A stretch of DNA of 64,000 nucleotides from Patescibacteria group bacterium (GCA_041666325.1 JBAYHC010000004.1:64929-128928); one strand, 5' to 3'. Positions 16,881 to 26,669 are shown, counted from the first letter of the stretch. Program-made: numbers and translations. The notes: generated by a model from the letters alone, not told the origin.

Positions 16881-19292
16881 ATGAATCGGAGCGAGCTAGT
16901 CAGGGCCGTGGCGGACAAGACGGATTTTTCGCTGGTCAAATCAGATAAGTTGGTTACCGCCCTGTGCGACACCATTACAGAAGCTTTAGAACGAGGCGAC
17001 AGAGTCGTCTATTCTAACTTTGGTTCGTTTTACACCGTCCACTATCCCTCAAAGGTCATCATCCATCCCAAGCTTGGCCTGGCTAAAAAAATGATAATGT
17101 TACCAACAAACGTAGCCAAATGGATGCCATCAGAGAATATAAAGAGTTTGGTCAGATCCGGTGAAACCAAGGGTTCGCCAACGCTCCACGCACTAAAATC
17201 AACCAACAAAGAAGTTCCGTCCGGTACCATCGTAGCGAGCAACAACACTACGAGAACGGTTCGCGATGAAACACCAGACTCCGATGAAACCATCGTACCA
17301 ATCCGTCTCTCCAGCCGAAACGCCAAAAACATTGTCGGGGCAGAAATTAACCCCGAACAGAAAAACAAAAATATCAACATCTATGAAGAGTTAATGCAGG
17401 ACGGCAGCAAAGAAGAGACAACTTTTAATGGCGCAATCAGGGTCCCCAAAGACAGAAGCAAGCCATTTTGGAGCAAGCTCTTTAATCGCTCTAAAGACCA
17501 GGAATCATCTACCCCAACAATTGGTCACATAGACAACCAAAACAAAGACACCCAGAAAGTCTCACTGGTTGATTCAGGCGTATTCGATCCCGCCAGCAAA
17601 CCGGAAACTATGGCAGTGCAAGCCACTGCGGAACAAAGCGCTGGAGCCGGTCTTGCCAGTCATCCTCAGGGCGAGACAGTTTCAGTTCAGACAAACAATG
17701 ATCAGACACCCATCGAAAAACCCATTGCGCCATTTCCATCTAATCCGATGGAGATCTCGTATATAGATCTATCCAAAGCGATTGTTCCCAAAGAAATTCT
17801 ACAAAAAATCCCTGAGAAAATTGCTCGCCACTACGGAGTCGTGCCAGTCGAGGAGAACGATAACGAGCTTGTCGTTGCCATGACAGATCCCGAGGACATC
17901 GAGGCGAAAGAGTTAATCAAGAAGTATGCCCAAAAGCCGCTAAAAGTGAGGCTTGGCACACAAGCCGACATCAACCATGTGCTAGACCAATACCAAGGAC
18001 TAGAGTCAGAAGTCCTGGAAGCTATCGAAGAAGTGAACACCGAAGAGGAGGAGAACAACAAAACAGACAACGGCAAGGCAGCAAATCTTACGGTTGCCGA
18101 CGATGCTCCAACAGCAAGGATTGTCAATTCTCTCCTCAGGCGCGCGATTCGAGATAAGGCCTCGGACGTACATATTGAACCACTAGAGAATGAGGTTCAG
18201 GTCCGCTTCAGAATTGATGGCGTTTTACACAAAAAGTTAACTTTACCAAAAGATATTCAGCTGTCAGTCTCCTCCAGGATAAAGATCCTATCCAACATAA
18301 AGATTGACGAGCAACGCTTGCCTCAAGACGGACGATTTAGCATAAGCATCGACAACAGAAGAGTAGATTTTCGTGTCTCCACTCTCCCCACGGCTTACGG
18401 CGAAAAAATTGTCATGAGAATCCTAGATAAGGCCTCTGGAGTTTTAACAGTTGAGCAACTTGGTCTTCAGGGCATGGGCCTCGACGCGCTAACTCAAAAT
18501 CTAGAAAAATCACATGGCATGATCCTGGTGACTGGCCCAACGGGATCAGGTAAAACCACTACTCTTTACGCCCTGATTGATAAGCTTTTTGCCGAGGGCG
18601 TTAATATCGTCACTCTCGAAGACCCGATCGAGTACCAGATGCCAGGCATTAACCAGAGCCAGGTTAACTCCAACATAGACTACACTTTTGCATCAGGATT
18701 GCGCTCAATAGTCAGGCAGGATCCGGATATTATTATGATCGGGGAAATTAGAGACATGGACACAGCCGAGATGGCGGTTCAGGCCGCCCTGACCGGCCAC
18801 GTTGTCCTCTCCACTCTCCACACCAATGATGCTGCCGGCGCAGCACCGCGATTAATAGATATGGGTGTCGAGCCATTTCTTCTTACCTCCTCGGTCAATG
18901 TCATTATCGGACAACGCCTCGCCAGAAAGATATGCGATGAGTGCAAGGAGAAAGATGCGATTCCTGAAGCAGAGATAGAGAGCGTCAAAAAAATTATCGA
19001 CACTATGCCCGAAAAAGAAAAGAAGGAAATGTCCAGCAAGGAGCTTGTTTTCTATAAGGGAAAGGGTTGCAAATCCTGCGACAACACAGGCTATCGTGGC
19101 AGAATCGGCATATTCGAGGTCCTAAGTGTTACCGAGACAGTCAGAGATTTGGTTCTGCGCAAGGTCTCCTCGGGAGAGATTCAGACCAAGGCAATCGAGG
19201 ACGGGATGGTAACAATGATTCAAGACGGAATAATTAAGTCCCTTGAAGGCAAAACCTCGCTGGAAGAGGTTTGGAGAGTAACAAAAGATTAA
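16881..19292 (+). CDS. pilB: type IV pilus assembly ATPase (PilB/GspE) with N-terminal HU/IHF-like domain
   Basis: aa 1-92 HU-like (MNRSELVRAVADKT...EALERGDRVVYSNFGSF); GPTGSGKTT Walker A, TLEDPIEY, RQDPDIIMIGEIRD, TGHVVLSTLHTN, CDEC/CKSC zinc site. Confidence 0.95.
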   Translation: MNRSELVRAVADKTDFSLVKSDKLVTALCDTITEALERGDRVVYSNFGSFYTVHYPSKVIIHPKLGLAKKMIMLPTNVAKWMPSENIKSLVRSGETKGSPTLHALKSTNKEVPSGTIVASNNTTRTVRDETPDSDETIVPIRLSSRNAKNIVGAEINPEQKNKNINIYEELMQDGSKEETTFNGAIRVPKDRSKPFWSKLFNRSKDQESSTPTIGHIDNQNKDTQKVSLVDSGVFDPASKPETMAVQATAEQSAGAGLASHPQGETVSVQTNNDQTPIEKPIAPFPSNPMEISYIDLSKAIVPKEILQKIPEKIARHYGVVPVEENDNELVVAMTDPEDIEAKELIKKYAQKPLKVRLGTQADINHVLDQYQGLESEVLEAIEEVNTEEEENNKTDNGKAANLTVADDAPTARIVNSLLRRAIRDKASDVHIEPLENEVQVRFRIDGVLHKKLTLPKDIQLSVSSRIKILSNIKIDEQRLPQDGRFSISIDNRRVDFRVSTLPTAYGEKIVMRILDKASGVLTVEQLGLQGMGLDALTQNLEKSHGMILVTGPTGSGKTTTLYALIDKLFAEGVNIVTLEDPIEYQMPGINQSQVNSNIDYTFASGLRSIVRQDPDIIMIGEIRDMDTAEMAVQAALTGHVVLSTLHTNDAAGAAPRLIDMGVEPFLLTSSVNVIIGQRLARKICDECKEKDAIPEAEIESVKKIIDTMPEKEKKEMSSKELVFYKGKGCKSCDNTGYRGRIGIFEVLSVTETVRDLVLRKVSSGEIQTKAIEDGMVTMIQDGIIKSLEGKTSLEEVWRVTKD

Positions 19293-19380
19293 TAAAGGCA
19301 AAAGTTAGCAAGGCACCAGGCGAAAAAGATGCGGTCAAGAAAGAATGTGGTTCTCTTACGCCTTACGCCTTTCACACTTA

Positions 19381-19422
19381 CGCCCGCCTGCATCGTCTGG
19401 AGCGAAGCGACTGCGGGCAGGC
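19381..19422 (+). repeat. 42-bp dispersed palindromic repeat, copy 1 (before pilC)
   Basis: CGCCCGCCTGCATCGTCTGGAGCGAAGCGACTGCGGGCAGGC; 1-2 mismatches to the copies at 20698 and 37957. Confidence 0.9.
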
Positions 19423-19437
19423 CTTACACCATTTATC

Positions 19438-20628
19438 ATGCAATACACCTACAGCGCAAAAGATGACAAGGGAAATATTATAAAAGGCACGCTAGAAGCA
19501 GCGTCTGAAATCTCGGCTGCGAACGCTCTCCGCGCCAAGGCCCTTTTCCTGCTGGACCTCAAGACCAAAAAATCCCCAAGAGCGATTTGGCAACGCCGTG
19601 TTCCGCTCAAGGAGAGAATTATCTTTACTCAGCAATTGGAGATTATGGTCAGATCAGGCTTACCGCTCGTTGATGCGATCACATCTCTCCAGGAAGAAAC
19701 CGAAAACAAAAGATTTGCCTCCGAACTCTCGCAAGTTGTGGCTAGTGTGGAAACGGGATCACTTCTTTCGGACGCACTGGCCAAATTCCCCAAAACTTTC
19801 AGCGAAGTATACGTCAACCTGGTACGATCCGGAGAGAAGACGGGCCAACTAGACAAAGTCCTGCAACGTCTGTCTGGTCAACTTCAGAAAGACTTTGAGG
19901 TAAATAGAAAGGTGAAGGGCGCCCTATCCTACCCACTGTTTATTCTCACTGCGCTGATTGGCGTGATGGTTTTGATTCTAAACGCGATTATCCCGCAACT
20001 GCAACAAATATTTGACGATGTTGGTGCCGAGCTTCCCCTTTCTACCCGCATCGTGATTGGGGCTAGTAAATTTACACGAAGCTATGGCGTTTTTACTCTG
20101 GCGTTTATCATTGTGGCAATTGTCTTAATATCCCGTTGGCTCAAAACAGCCCAAGGCAAGAGATTCTTTGATCGTTTTTTACTGAAAATACCGGTTATCG
20201 GACTCTTGCTCAGAAAGTCGTACCTGGCTCGCTTGACTCGTACCTTTGCTGCTTTATCAAACGCCGGCCTACCAGTGCTTGAGGCGCTGCGGGTGTCGAG
20301 CAATGTAATCGGAAACTCCGTCTACGAAAGAGAGGTTGTGAAGGTTGCCGACAGAGTAAAAAATGGGCAAACAATCTCGAAGGCGTTCGGAGAGAGCCCG
20401 CTATTTCCGGCAATGATTATGCAGCTAGCCTCTGTTGGCGAAAAGTCCGGCAACATCGGAGAGGTTTTTGACAGCTTGGCCGACTTCTTCGACAGGGATG
20501 TCGACTCCATAACAACAAATTTATCAACAATGCTTGAACCACTGTTAGTCATTATTCTGGGTGTTGGGATAGCAGCCATCATCATATCTGTTCTGCAGCC
20601 AATCTATGGATTAGTAAATACGATGTAG
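19438..20628 (+). CDS. pilC: type IV pilus platform protein PilC (GspF family)
   Basis: FTQQLEIMVRSGLPL, RSGEKTGQLD, ALSYP, VGEKSGNI, LEPLL; start at MQYTYSAKD. Confidence 0.95.
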   Translation: MQYTYSAKDDKGNIIKGTLEAASEISAANALRAKALFLLDLKTKKSPRAIWQRRVPLKERIIFTQQLEIMVRSGLPLVDAITSLQEETENKRFASELSQVVASVETGSLLSDALAKFPKTFSEVYVNLVRSGEKTGQLDKVLQRLSGQLQKDFEVNRKVKGALSYPLFILTALIGVMVLILNAIIPQLQQIFDDVGAELPLSTRIVIGASKFTRSYGVFTLAFIIVAIVLISRWLKTAQGKRFFDRFLLKIPVIGLLLRKSYLARLTRTFAALSNAGLPVLEALRVSSNVIGNSVYEREVVKVADRVKNGQTISKAFGESPLFPAMIMQLASVGEKSGNIGEVFDSLADFFDRDVDSITTNLSTMLEPLLVIILGVGIAAIIISVLQPIYGLVNTM

Positions 20629-20697
20629 ATGTTAGGCGAAAGTTAGCAAGACGAAAGTAAGACAAGTATCGATTCAAGCAGCAGCTCTGACACCTTG

Positions 20698-20739
20698 CGC
20701 CCGCCTGCATCGCCTGGAGCGAAGCGACTGCGGGCAGGC
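20698..20739 (+). repeat. 42-bp dispersed palindromic repeat, copy 2 (before pilM)
   Basis: CGCCCGCCTGCATCGCCTGGAGCGAAGCGACTGCGGGCAGGC. Confidence 0.9.
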
Positions 20740-20764
20740 TTTTTACACCATTATTTGGAGACGT

Positions 20765-21706
20765 ATGTTTCTTCCCTTCTCTGAAAATTCAATTGTGGGT
20801 CTTGATATCGGCTTTGAAACGCTGAAGCTTGTCGAGCTCAACAAGGGCGGCGGCAAAGTTTCTCTGCGCGGCTTAAGCAATATTTCTCTACCAGAGCGCA
20901 TACTGGAGCGAGACCACTTCAAGGACAAAAAGGCCACTGCGCAGCTAATTGCAAAAGCTTGCGAGGAGGCAAAACCAGCCTCGATCAAGGCCAGAAAAAT
21001 TGTCTCTGCACTGCCAGAAACGTTTGTCTTCTCCAAGACAATTCAACTACCAAAGATGGAGGAAGGTGAATACGAAAAAGCTGTACCGATGGAAGCAGCT
21101 CAGTTCTTGCCCATACCTATCGAACACGTCTATCTTGACTTCGAGGTGCTCATCACCAGACCAGACCAACCGCTTGCAGACATCCTTATCGTCGCGTCAC
21201 CAAAACGCTTAGTCGAAGAGTACGTCGAGGTTGCCCAGTTGGCAGGATTTGAATTAACTGCCCTTGAACCAAAAGCTCTGGCAGTCGGCAGAGCCCTTTT
21301 GCCGCATGATTTCACTGAAGGAGTACTGATAGCCGAGATTGGGACGGAAATCACCAGAATATCGATTTGGGACGGAAATAAGCTTAGGCTGACAACGACT
21401 GTCAGCGCTGGCAACAACCAGATAGCCGAGAGCACCAAAGCGGGTGATTTTCACCATTTGCTTCCGATTATTGACGAGGTAGTAACCGCCATACGCTATC
21501 ATCAAAATCGCGATTATCAACCAAAACCAATTAGTAAAATTTTGCTATGCGGATCAGGCGCCTGCATTCCAGGCATAGATAAAATATTTGAAAACGAGAG
21601 TAAAATTAAGGTTGAGATTGCTAGGCCACAACTTCACGGCGAAGACGAGCTTGGGCCAGAATACACAACAGCATTCGGCCTGGCGCTAAGAGGAGAATAT
21701 GAATAA
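20765..21706 (+). CDS. pilM: type IV pilus assembly protein PilM
   Basis: VGLDIGFETLKLVEL, EAAQFLPIP, ILLCGSGA, AFGLALR; actin-like fold and operon context. Confidence 0.93.
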   Translation: MFLPFSENSIVGLDIGFETLKLVELNKGGGKVSLRGLSNISLPERILERDHFKDKKATAQLIAKACEEAKPASIKARKIVSALPETFVFSKTIQLPKMEEGEYEKAVPMEAAQFLPIPIEHVYLDFEVLITRPDQPLADILIVASPKRLVEEYVEVAQLAGFELTALEPKALAVGRALLPHDFTEGVLIAEIGTEITRISIWDGNKLRLTTTVSAGNNQIAESTKAGDFHHLLPIIDEVVTAIRYHQNRDYQPKPISKILLCGSGACIPGIDKIFENESKIKVEIARPQLHGEDELGPEYTTAFGLALRGEYE

Positions 21707-21712
21707 ATCAGA

Positions 21713-21861
21713 GTGTGAAAGGGCGAAAGTTCTAAGCACTAAGTAACACGCAGTGTCATCCCGAGCAAGTGAGGCTTGCGAGTCGAGGGATCCCATTGCA
21801 ACAATGCGACTCCTTTCGCCCCACAAAGGAGCCCCTGGTGGGACACTTAGTACTTTCACAC
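21713..21861. repeat. composite intergenic repeat: short-period inverted arms enclosing a GTCAT-type unit (21755-21794)
   Basis: GTGTGAAAG/CTTTCACAC, GGGCGAAAG/CTTTCGCCC and ACTAAGT/ACTTAGT inverted pairs; internal GTCATCCCGAGC...GAGGGATCCC. Confidence 0.55.
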
Positions 21862-21868
21862 CAATATC

Positions 21869-22408
21869 ATGTCCATTAATTTACTGCCACCAAAATTAAA
21901 GAAACAGAAAGGCGTTGAAAAAAAGCTTCGCTCAGTTTTGCTTGGCCTGATTTATCTCGCCGCCATGATCCTGGTTTTAAGCGGGGTGCTCTTTTCCTTC
22001 AATATTGTGAATAAAAATGAACTCGACCAAGTGATCGCACGCACAGAGGCGTACAAGACAGAAGCAAAAGCATACTCAGAGATCAAGGAAAAAATAACTA
22101 AGACCAACAGCAAGTTAGACAAAATCAGCCAGATAGACAATAACCGCGTTTTGTGGAGTGTCATAATCGCTGAAATAGAGATCCTTACTCCAGCTCAAGT
22201 CACAATTCGCACTATGGACCTATCCCACGATTCCAAGATCATTAATACAGTTGGAAAAGCTGAAAGCCGCTATGACGTTGTTCTGTTCAAGGACAAACTA
22301 GAGGCTTCACCGTTCTTCAAAAATGTCACCTTTTCCTCTTCGTCCTTCAATCCAGATGAGAACAATTACTCCTTTGCCTTAAAGTTCGAGCTGGAGAAAA
22401 ATAAATGA
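21869..22408 (+). CDS. pilN: type IV pilus assembly protein PilN
   Basis: N-terminal INLLP motif, single TM, coiled coil, LEASPFFKNV. Confidence 0.92.
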   Translation: MSINLLPPKLKKQKGVEKKLRSVLLGLIYLAAMILVLSGVLFSFNIVNKNELDQVIARTEAYKTEAKAYSEIKEKITKTNSKLDKISQIDNNRVLWSVIIAEIEILTPAQVTIRTMDLSHDSKIINTVGKAESRYDVVLFKDKLEASPFFKNVTFSSSSFNPDENNYSFALKFELEKNK

Positions 22409-23004
22409 TGATTAGCTCATACAAAAAAACAATCGTCCTGCTTGTAGTAACAACCGTAATAATGACGGCAATAATTCAATTTGTGCTTTCTCCGCAAGTT
22501 CGCGTATTCGCCACGAACCGAAAGAAAATAACCAAGGCTCTGGAAGGCCAAACAAGCGTTCAGGTGGAAGTCGAACAATTAAAAAGGGTCAAAAAGAACG
22601 AAAAGGATGTTAGCGCTAAGGCAGAGCGAATTAATAAGCTCTGGCCGGACAGCAACGAAATATCAAGCTATATCATCCAGACAGAAGCGCTTGCCAGTAA
22701 AAACAATTTAGTCCTGAACAATATCACGATAACCGAAAGCACAAAGAAAGAGGCCAAGACCAGTGAGAACAAGGAAACCAAGGCCGATAGCGAAGCAGTG
22801 AACACCAGCACCAGCAAGAAGGGCAAGAGCGAAGAGGGCATACGATTTTCATTTGATGCCAGCGCCTCGTATGACAACTTCAAGCGTTTCGTTGACGGCA
22901 TGGAACAGCTTGAGCGATTCAACCTTGTTTCATTGGTAAATATTAGCTCAAGTGGTGGCGATGGAGTCACTTTTAAGATCAGTGGAGTGATATATGCTAA
23001 GTAA
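22405..23004 (+). CDS. pilO: type IV pilus assembly protein PilO
   Basis: TM, coiled coil, ASYDNFKRFVDGMEQLER; overlaps the pilN stop. Confidence 0.85.
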   Translation: MMISSYKKTIVLLVVTTVIMTAIIQFVLSPQVRVFATNRKKITKALEGQTSVQVEVEQLKRVKKNEKDVSAKAERINKLWPDSNEISSYIIQTEALASKNNLVLNNITITESTKKEAKTSENKETKADSEAVNTSTSKKGKSEEGIRFSFDASASYDNFKRFVDGMEQLERFNLVSLVNISSSGGDGVTFKISGVIYAK

Positions 23005-23242
23005 AATTAAAAACAATGCTATCTATGGAGCGCTGATGCTTGTGCTGATCGCAGCAGCAGTATTTTATTGGAAAAACTCGACGCCGATAGTCCCCAGCAA
23101 ACAAAAGGCAAGCTCAGACAGCGCGCTCTCAATCAAACAAGACGCTTATTCACGGGCGACAAATGTACAAGAAACCAAATCCCCACTTTCAACCTCGACC
23201 GCTGGTTTCGGCCGAAACAACCCGTTTTCGCCATACAAATAA
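22994..23242 (+). CDS. small membrane-anchored pilus-locus protein (PilP-position)
   Basis: N-terminal TM, C-terminal GRNNPF like the PilP RDPF motif; coupled to pilO. Confidence 0.7.
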   Translation: MLSKIKNNAIYGALMLVLIAAAVFYWKNSTPIVPSKQKASSDSALSIKQDAYSRATNVQETKSPLSTSTAGFGRNNPFSPYK

Positions 23243-23302
23243 GTACGCAAAAAAGAAGAAACCCTGCCTAGGGCTGCTTCTAATCGCAAAATTAAGACAG
23301 AA

Positions 23303-23698
23303 CTAAGCCACTGTCTTTTTGGCCACGCCTGCCGATTTTAGCGCACTCTCGATCTTCTCAACCACTTCCCCGGGCATGACCTCACTTTTGATGAGATAAG
23401 CATCGGTATCTCTCATCATCTCCTTGACCTTATCGATCTCGCGAACAAGGGCGGTCAATAGAATTACCGGGATACCGGCAGTCTCCTCATCCTCGCGCAG
23501 TTTCTTCATGACATCAATGCCGTTAACCTTCGGCATCATAATATCCAGAAGAATAACACTTGGCTTCTCGCTCGATGCCTTTTGGAGTGCTTCCTCTCCA
23601 TCAGAGGCGGAGATGATCTCGTAGCCGCCCTCCTTGAGCCGAGCTTCATACATTTCGCGCAAGATCATATCGTCATCAACAACCAGAATCTTTGCCAT
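23303..23698 (-). CDS. single-domain response regulator
   Basis: ILVVDDD, LLDIMMPKVNG, YLIK. Confidence 0.92.
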   Translation of the reverse strand: MAKILVVDDDMILREMYEARLKEGGYEIISASDGEEALQKASSEKPSVILLDIMMPKVNGIDVMKKLREDEETAGIPVILLTALVREIDKVKEMMRDTDAYLIKSEVMPGEVVEKIESALKSAGVAKKTVA

Positions 23699-23707
23699 CA
23701 ATACCTC

Positions 23708-24700
23708 CTAGTTTGCTTTGTAAACTACGTAGTCAAATAGATCATATAACGTTCCCGATTGGCGATCAATATCTGCGGTCAACTTTCGACTAGTTCCGTT
23801 GAAGTAACCGGTCGACTCAACGTGGGTATATGGTCCATATATTGGCAATCCAATCCCTGTTGGATTGTTCATGTCTCTAAAGGCAAAAGCAATATCCGCT
23901 CCGATCGGCTTGACTGACAGCTCCGCCTCCGGGTCCAACATATCACCCATTCCTTTAAGCATAAATTTAGCCTTGATACCGTTTATCGGGGCATATCCAT
24001 TGGTAGGATGCAGAGTATAATTTATCCTTGATGATGGATCAATATTAGAATTAATACCGTTGCAAACAGCGCTATTGTTATAAAACATAAGTTTGTGCTC
24101 CTCAAGGTTGCCGCCCTGTTTGCCGGTCAGCTTCATCTCCAGCAAGACGCATCGACTGTCAAGTGTGGTACCGGAATCGCTTGACGAGGCAATCGGCCTG
24201 AAAAAAAACTGAATATCGCTCGTAGATAAATTCACCTTAAACTTTTTAGCCTCATCCTTTAGAATCCGGTAGGGGGCAAACCGGTGTTCGCCATAGTTCT
24301 TATCGTCAGCGGCAGTTAGAGTGAAGGGAATAGAGATAATCTTGTTAACATTGCCGTGCGCAACCGAGCGAGAACCAAGCTTCAGATCATAATAGGCTTT
24401 GCTCACATCAAGGGGCAGGGCTACATTGGGTTGGCTGCCATCAGAAAGATTACTTCGAGTAAATTCATTTCTGTTGTAAGCTAGATCATCAAATGGGACC
24501 TCCGTGTCGCGATCGTAGCGGTAACGCAAGAAGCTCTCCTCGATGCCGGACTCAGCTGAGTAATAGGCAACGATGCCACTCTCGTAAATCGATGAGATAG
24601 TGCTCTCAGCAAAGAGAAGCCGACTCAAACCAAAAACAGTGCCGCCGATTGCGGTCAGAAGAAAAATAGTGATAATGAGCGCCGATCCCCTCCGCCTCAT
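23708..24700 (-). CDS. PilX-like minor pilin / pilus assembly protein
   Basis: RRRG|SALIITIFLL prepilin-like N-terminus and AYYSAESGIEE PilX N-terminal motif. Confidence 0.8.
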   Translation of the reverse strand: MRRRGSALIITIFLLTAIGGTVFGLSRLLFAESTISSIYESGIVAYYSAESGIEESFLRYRYDRDTEVPFDDLAYNRNEFTRSNLSDGSQPNVALPLDVSKAYYDLKLGSRSVAHGNVNKIISIPFTLTAADDKNYGEHRFAPYRILKDEAKKFKVNLSTSDIQFFFRPIASSSDSGTTLDSRCVLLEMKLTGKQGGNLEEHKLMFYNNSAVCNGINSNIDPSSRINYTLHPTNGYAPINGIKAKFMLKGMGDMLDPEAELSVKPIGADIAFAFRDMNNPTGIGLPIYGPYTHVESTGYFNGTSRKLTADIDRQSGTLYDLFDYVVYKAN

Positions 24701-24726
24701 CGGGCCTCCGTCAACTAGTAAGAGTA

Positions 24727-24791
24727 TAAGCAAGTAAGCTGCACTGAATCCTGTGGCTGACTTACCAGCCTACTAGCTTATCTGCTTATCG
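24727..24791. repeat. inverted pair of degenerate 8-nt tandem arrays (TAAGCnnG / CTTAnCnG)
   Basis: TAAGCAAG TAAGCTG facing CTTACCAG CCTACTAG CTTATCTG CTTATCG; same family at 61815-61900. Confidence 0.6.
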
Positions 24792-24956
24792 CTATTTTAC
24801 CAGATTTACCCGACAAGCAACAAATCCCCCGCCCTAAATTACGATGACCGAGATACAAAAGATCAATGAGCCTGACATAATAAGACGCCGGAGCACAACC
24901 ACTTGCCCTAGCGGTGCCTTACCCCGTATAATTGGTTTAATATTCAAAGGAGGATA

Positions 24957-26249
24957 ATGTATAAGTTGCGCATCTCTTTTTGGGAAGCGGCCACCTGGTC
25001 GGTCGTCATCTTGATGACACTTATCGTTGTCTCTTTCTTCCCATGGTATACGGCCGAAAACCTGCTTCGATACATCTTCGCCACCTCAGGCGTAGCAGCA
25101 ATATTCTGGTATCTGAAGAGTCGTCGGCTTTATCGCGAGAGCCAGGAAAAAACTTTGGAAATTGCCCAAAAACAGAAGGAGATCTCTGCTCATCAAAAAA
25201 CCATTAGCCTGATCTTCGACAATTCCGCTGACGGCATTCTTATCCTCGACAACGACCAGATCATCACCGACTTCTCTCCGGGACTAGAAAAAATCACCGG
25301 CTACTCCAAGAATGAGGCTATCGGAAAAAATGCTCAAGAACTATTAAAGTTTTCCGGCGACAACAGCAACAGCTTGCTTCCAGATGCGATGTTCATCTCT
25401 CGCTCTCTCCACAAGAAGCCCTACATCAGAAACACCCTCATGACCAAGCAGGGCAGAGAAATTGATGTCGAAGCAAGCTACACCTTGATCTCTGATCCCG
25501 GCAAGAACAACATAAGCGGCATGGCAATCATTCGCGACATCACATATGAGAACGAACTCGTGCGAAGAGACAAAGAGTTTATTGCGATCACCTCTCACCA
25601 GCTCAACACCCCGCTCTCTATCATTCAAGGCTACGTCTCTCTGATCAAGGAGGGCAAGGCGGGAAAAGTAACTGAAACTCAGATGAATTACATTAATGAA
25701 ATTGTATCGGCACTCAAAAAGATGATCGACCTCACGAACAATCTTCTATCTATCTCACGGATTGAGCAAAATAAAATCAAGTTGGAGAAGAGTGATGTCA
25801 ACGTCGCTGAGATAATAAAAAAGATTATGGACACATTTGGCTCTTTTGCCAAGAAGAAAAATATCGATCTAATTTGCATGCAACCCAAGAAGGACCTATT
25901 GGTTTACGCTGACCAAGAAAAGTTAATTCAAGCACTATCAAATATCACCAGTAACGCCATAAAATACACTCAAAAAGGCAAGGTCGAACTATCCGTCAAC
26001 AGAGAGGCTGGCAATATTGTCTTTCAAATCAAAGATAGCGGCATCGGTATCGCCCCAGAGGAAATAGAGCGTATTGGCGAAAAGTTTTATAGAACGCAAC
26101 AAGCGATTGATGCCGACCACCAGGGCACAGGTCTGGGCGTCTTCATTGCCAAGACAATAATCGAAAAGCACGGCGGGACGCTGGCGATCAGAAGTGTTCT
26201 AAATAAAGGCACAACCTTTGTCGTGTCTCTGCCGGCAACTAACTATTAG
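24957..26249 (+). CDS. membrane-bound PAS-domain sensor histidine kinase
   Basis: Two TMs, PAS (NSADGILILD...ITGYSKNEAIG), H-box SHQLNTPL, NAIKYT, DSGIGI, GTGLG. Confidence 0.95.
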   Translation: MYKLRISFWEAATWSVVILMTLIVVSFFPWYTAENLLRYIFATSGVAAIFWYLKSRRLYRESQEKTLEIAQKQKEISAHQKTISLIFDNSADGILILDNDQIITDFSPGLEKITGYSKNEAIGKNAQELLKFSGDNSNSLLPDAMFISRSLHKKPYIRNTLMTKQGREIDVEASYTLISDPGKNNISGMAIIRDITYENELVRRDKEFIAITSHQLNTPLSIIQGYVSLIKEGKAGKVTETQMNYINEIVSALKKMIDLTNNLLSISRIEQNKIKLEKSDVNVAEIIKKIMDTFGSFAKKKNIDLICMQPKKDLLVYADQEKLIQALSNITSNAIKYTQKGKVELSVNREAGNIVFQIKDSGIGIAPEEIERIGEKFYRTQQAIDADHQGTGLGVFIAKTIIEKHGGTLAIRSVLNKGTTFVVSLPATNY

Positions 26250-26257
26250 AGGAGTAT

Positions 26258-26620
26258 ATGAAAAAGGTATTAATCGTCGACGACGAAGAAGCAATATTAA
26301 AAATGTATTCGGTCGTGCTACAGGATGAATTCGAGGTTATAACCGCTCATAATGGCAACGAGGGCTTTGAGACTGCAAAAAGGGAAAAGCCAGATTTGAT
26401 TTATCTCGATATCATTATGCCGCAACTGAACGGACTTGACGTCTTGGGCAAGCTGAAGGATGACAAGGAGACGACCACCATTCCGGTTGTTCTTCTAACC
26501 AATCTTCCCAAGGAAGCTTCTGCCGATAAAGCTAAAGCGCTTGGTGCTGCTGACTATTTTGTTAAGGTTGAGACTGAGCCGAGCAAGATTGCCGAAATTA
26601 CCAAACAAATACTGGGCTAG
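26258..26620 (+). CDS. single-domain response regulator
   Basis: VLIVDDE, YLDIIMPQLNG, YFVK. Confidence 0.93.
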   Translation: MKKVLIVDDEEAILKMYSVVLQDEFEVITAHNGNEGFETAKREKPDLIYLDIIMPQLNGLDVLGKLKDDKETTTIPVVLLTNLPKEASADKAKALGAADYFVKVETEPSKIAEITKQILG

Positions 26621-26630
26621 CACTGCTATT

Positions 26631-26669
26631 AAAATTAAAAGCGCTACTTCGGTTAGCGCTTTTAATTTT
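26631..26669. terminator. intrinsic terminator
   Basis: AAAATTAAAAGCGCTA-CTTCGGT-TAGCGCTTTTAATTTT perfect inverted repeat. Confidence 0.75.

Noticed and set aside
19345-19437. N-terminal extension of PilC in the ORF track (also gmk 37903-38040)
   Set aside because: It is the translated intergenic repeat; family similarity begins at ATG 19438 and ATG 38041
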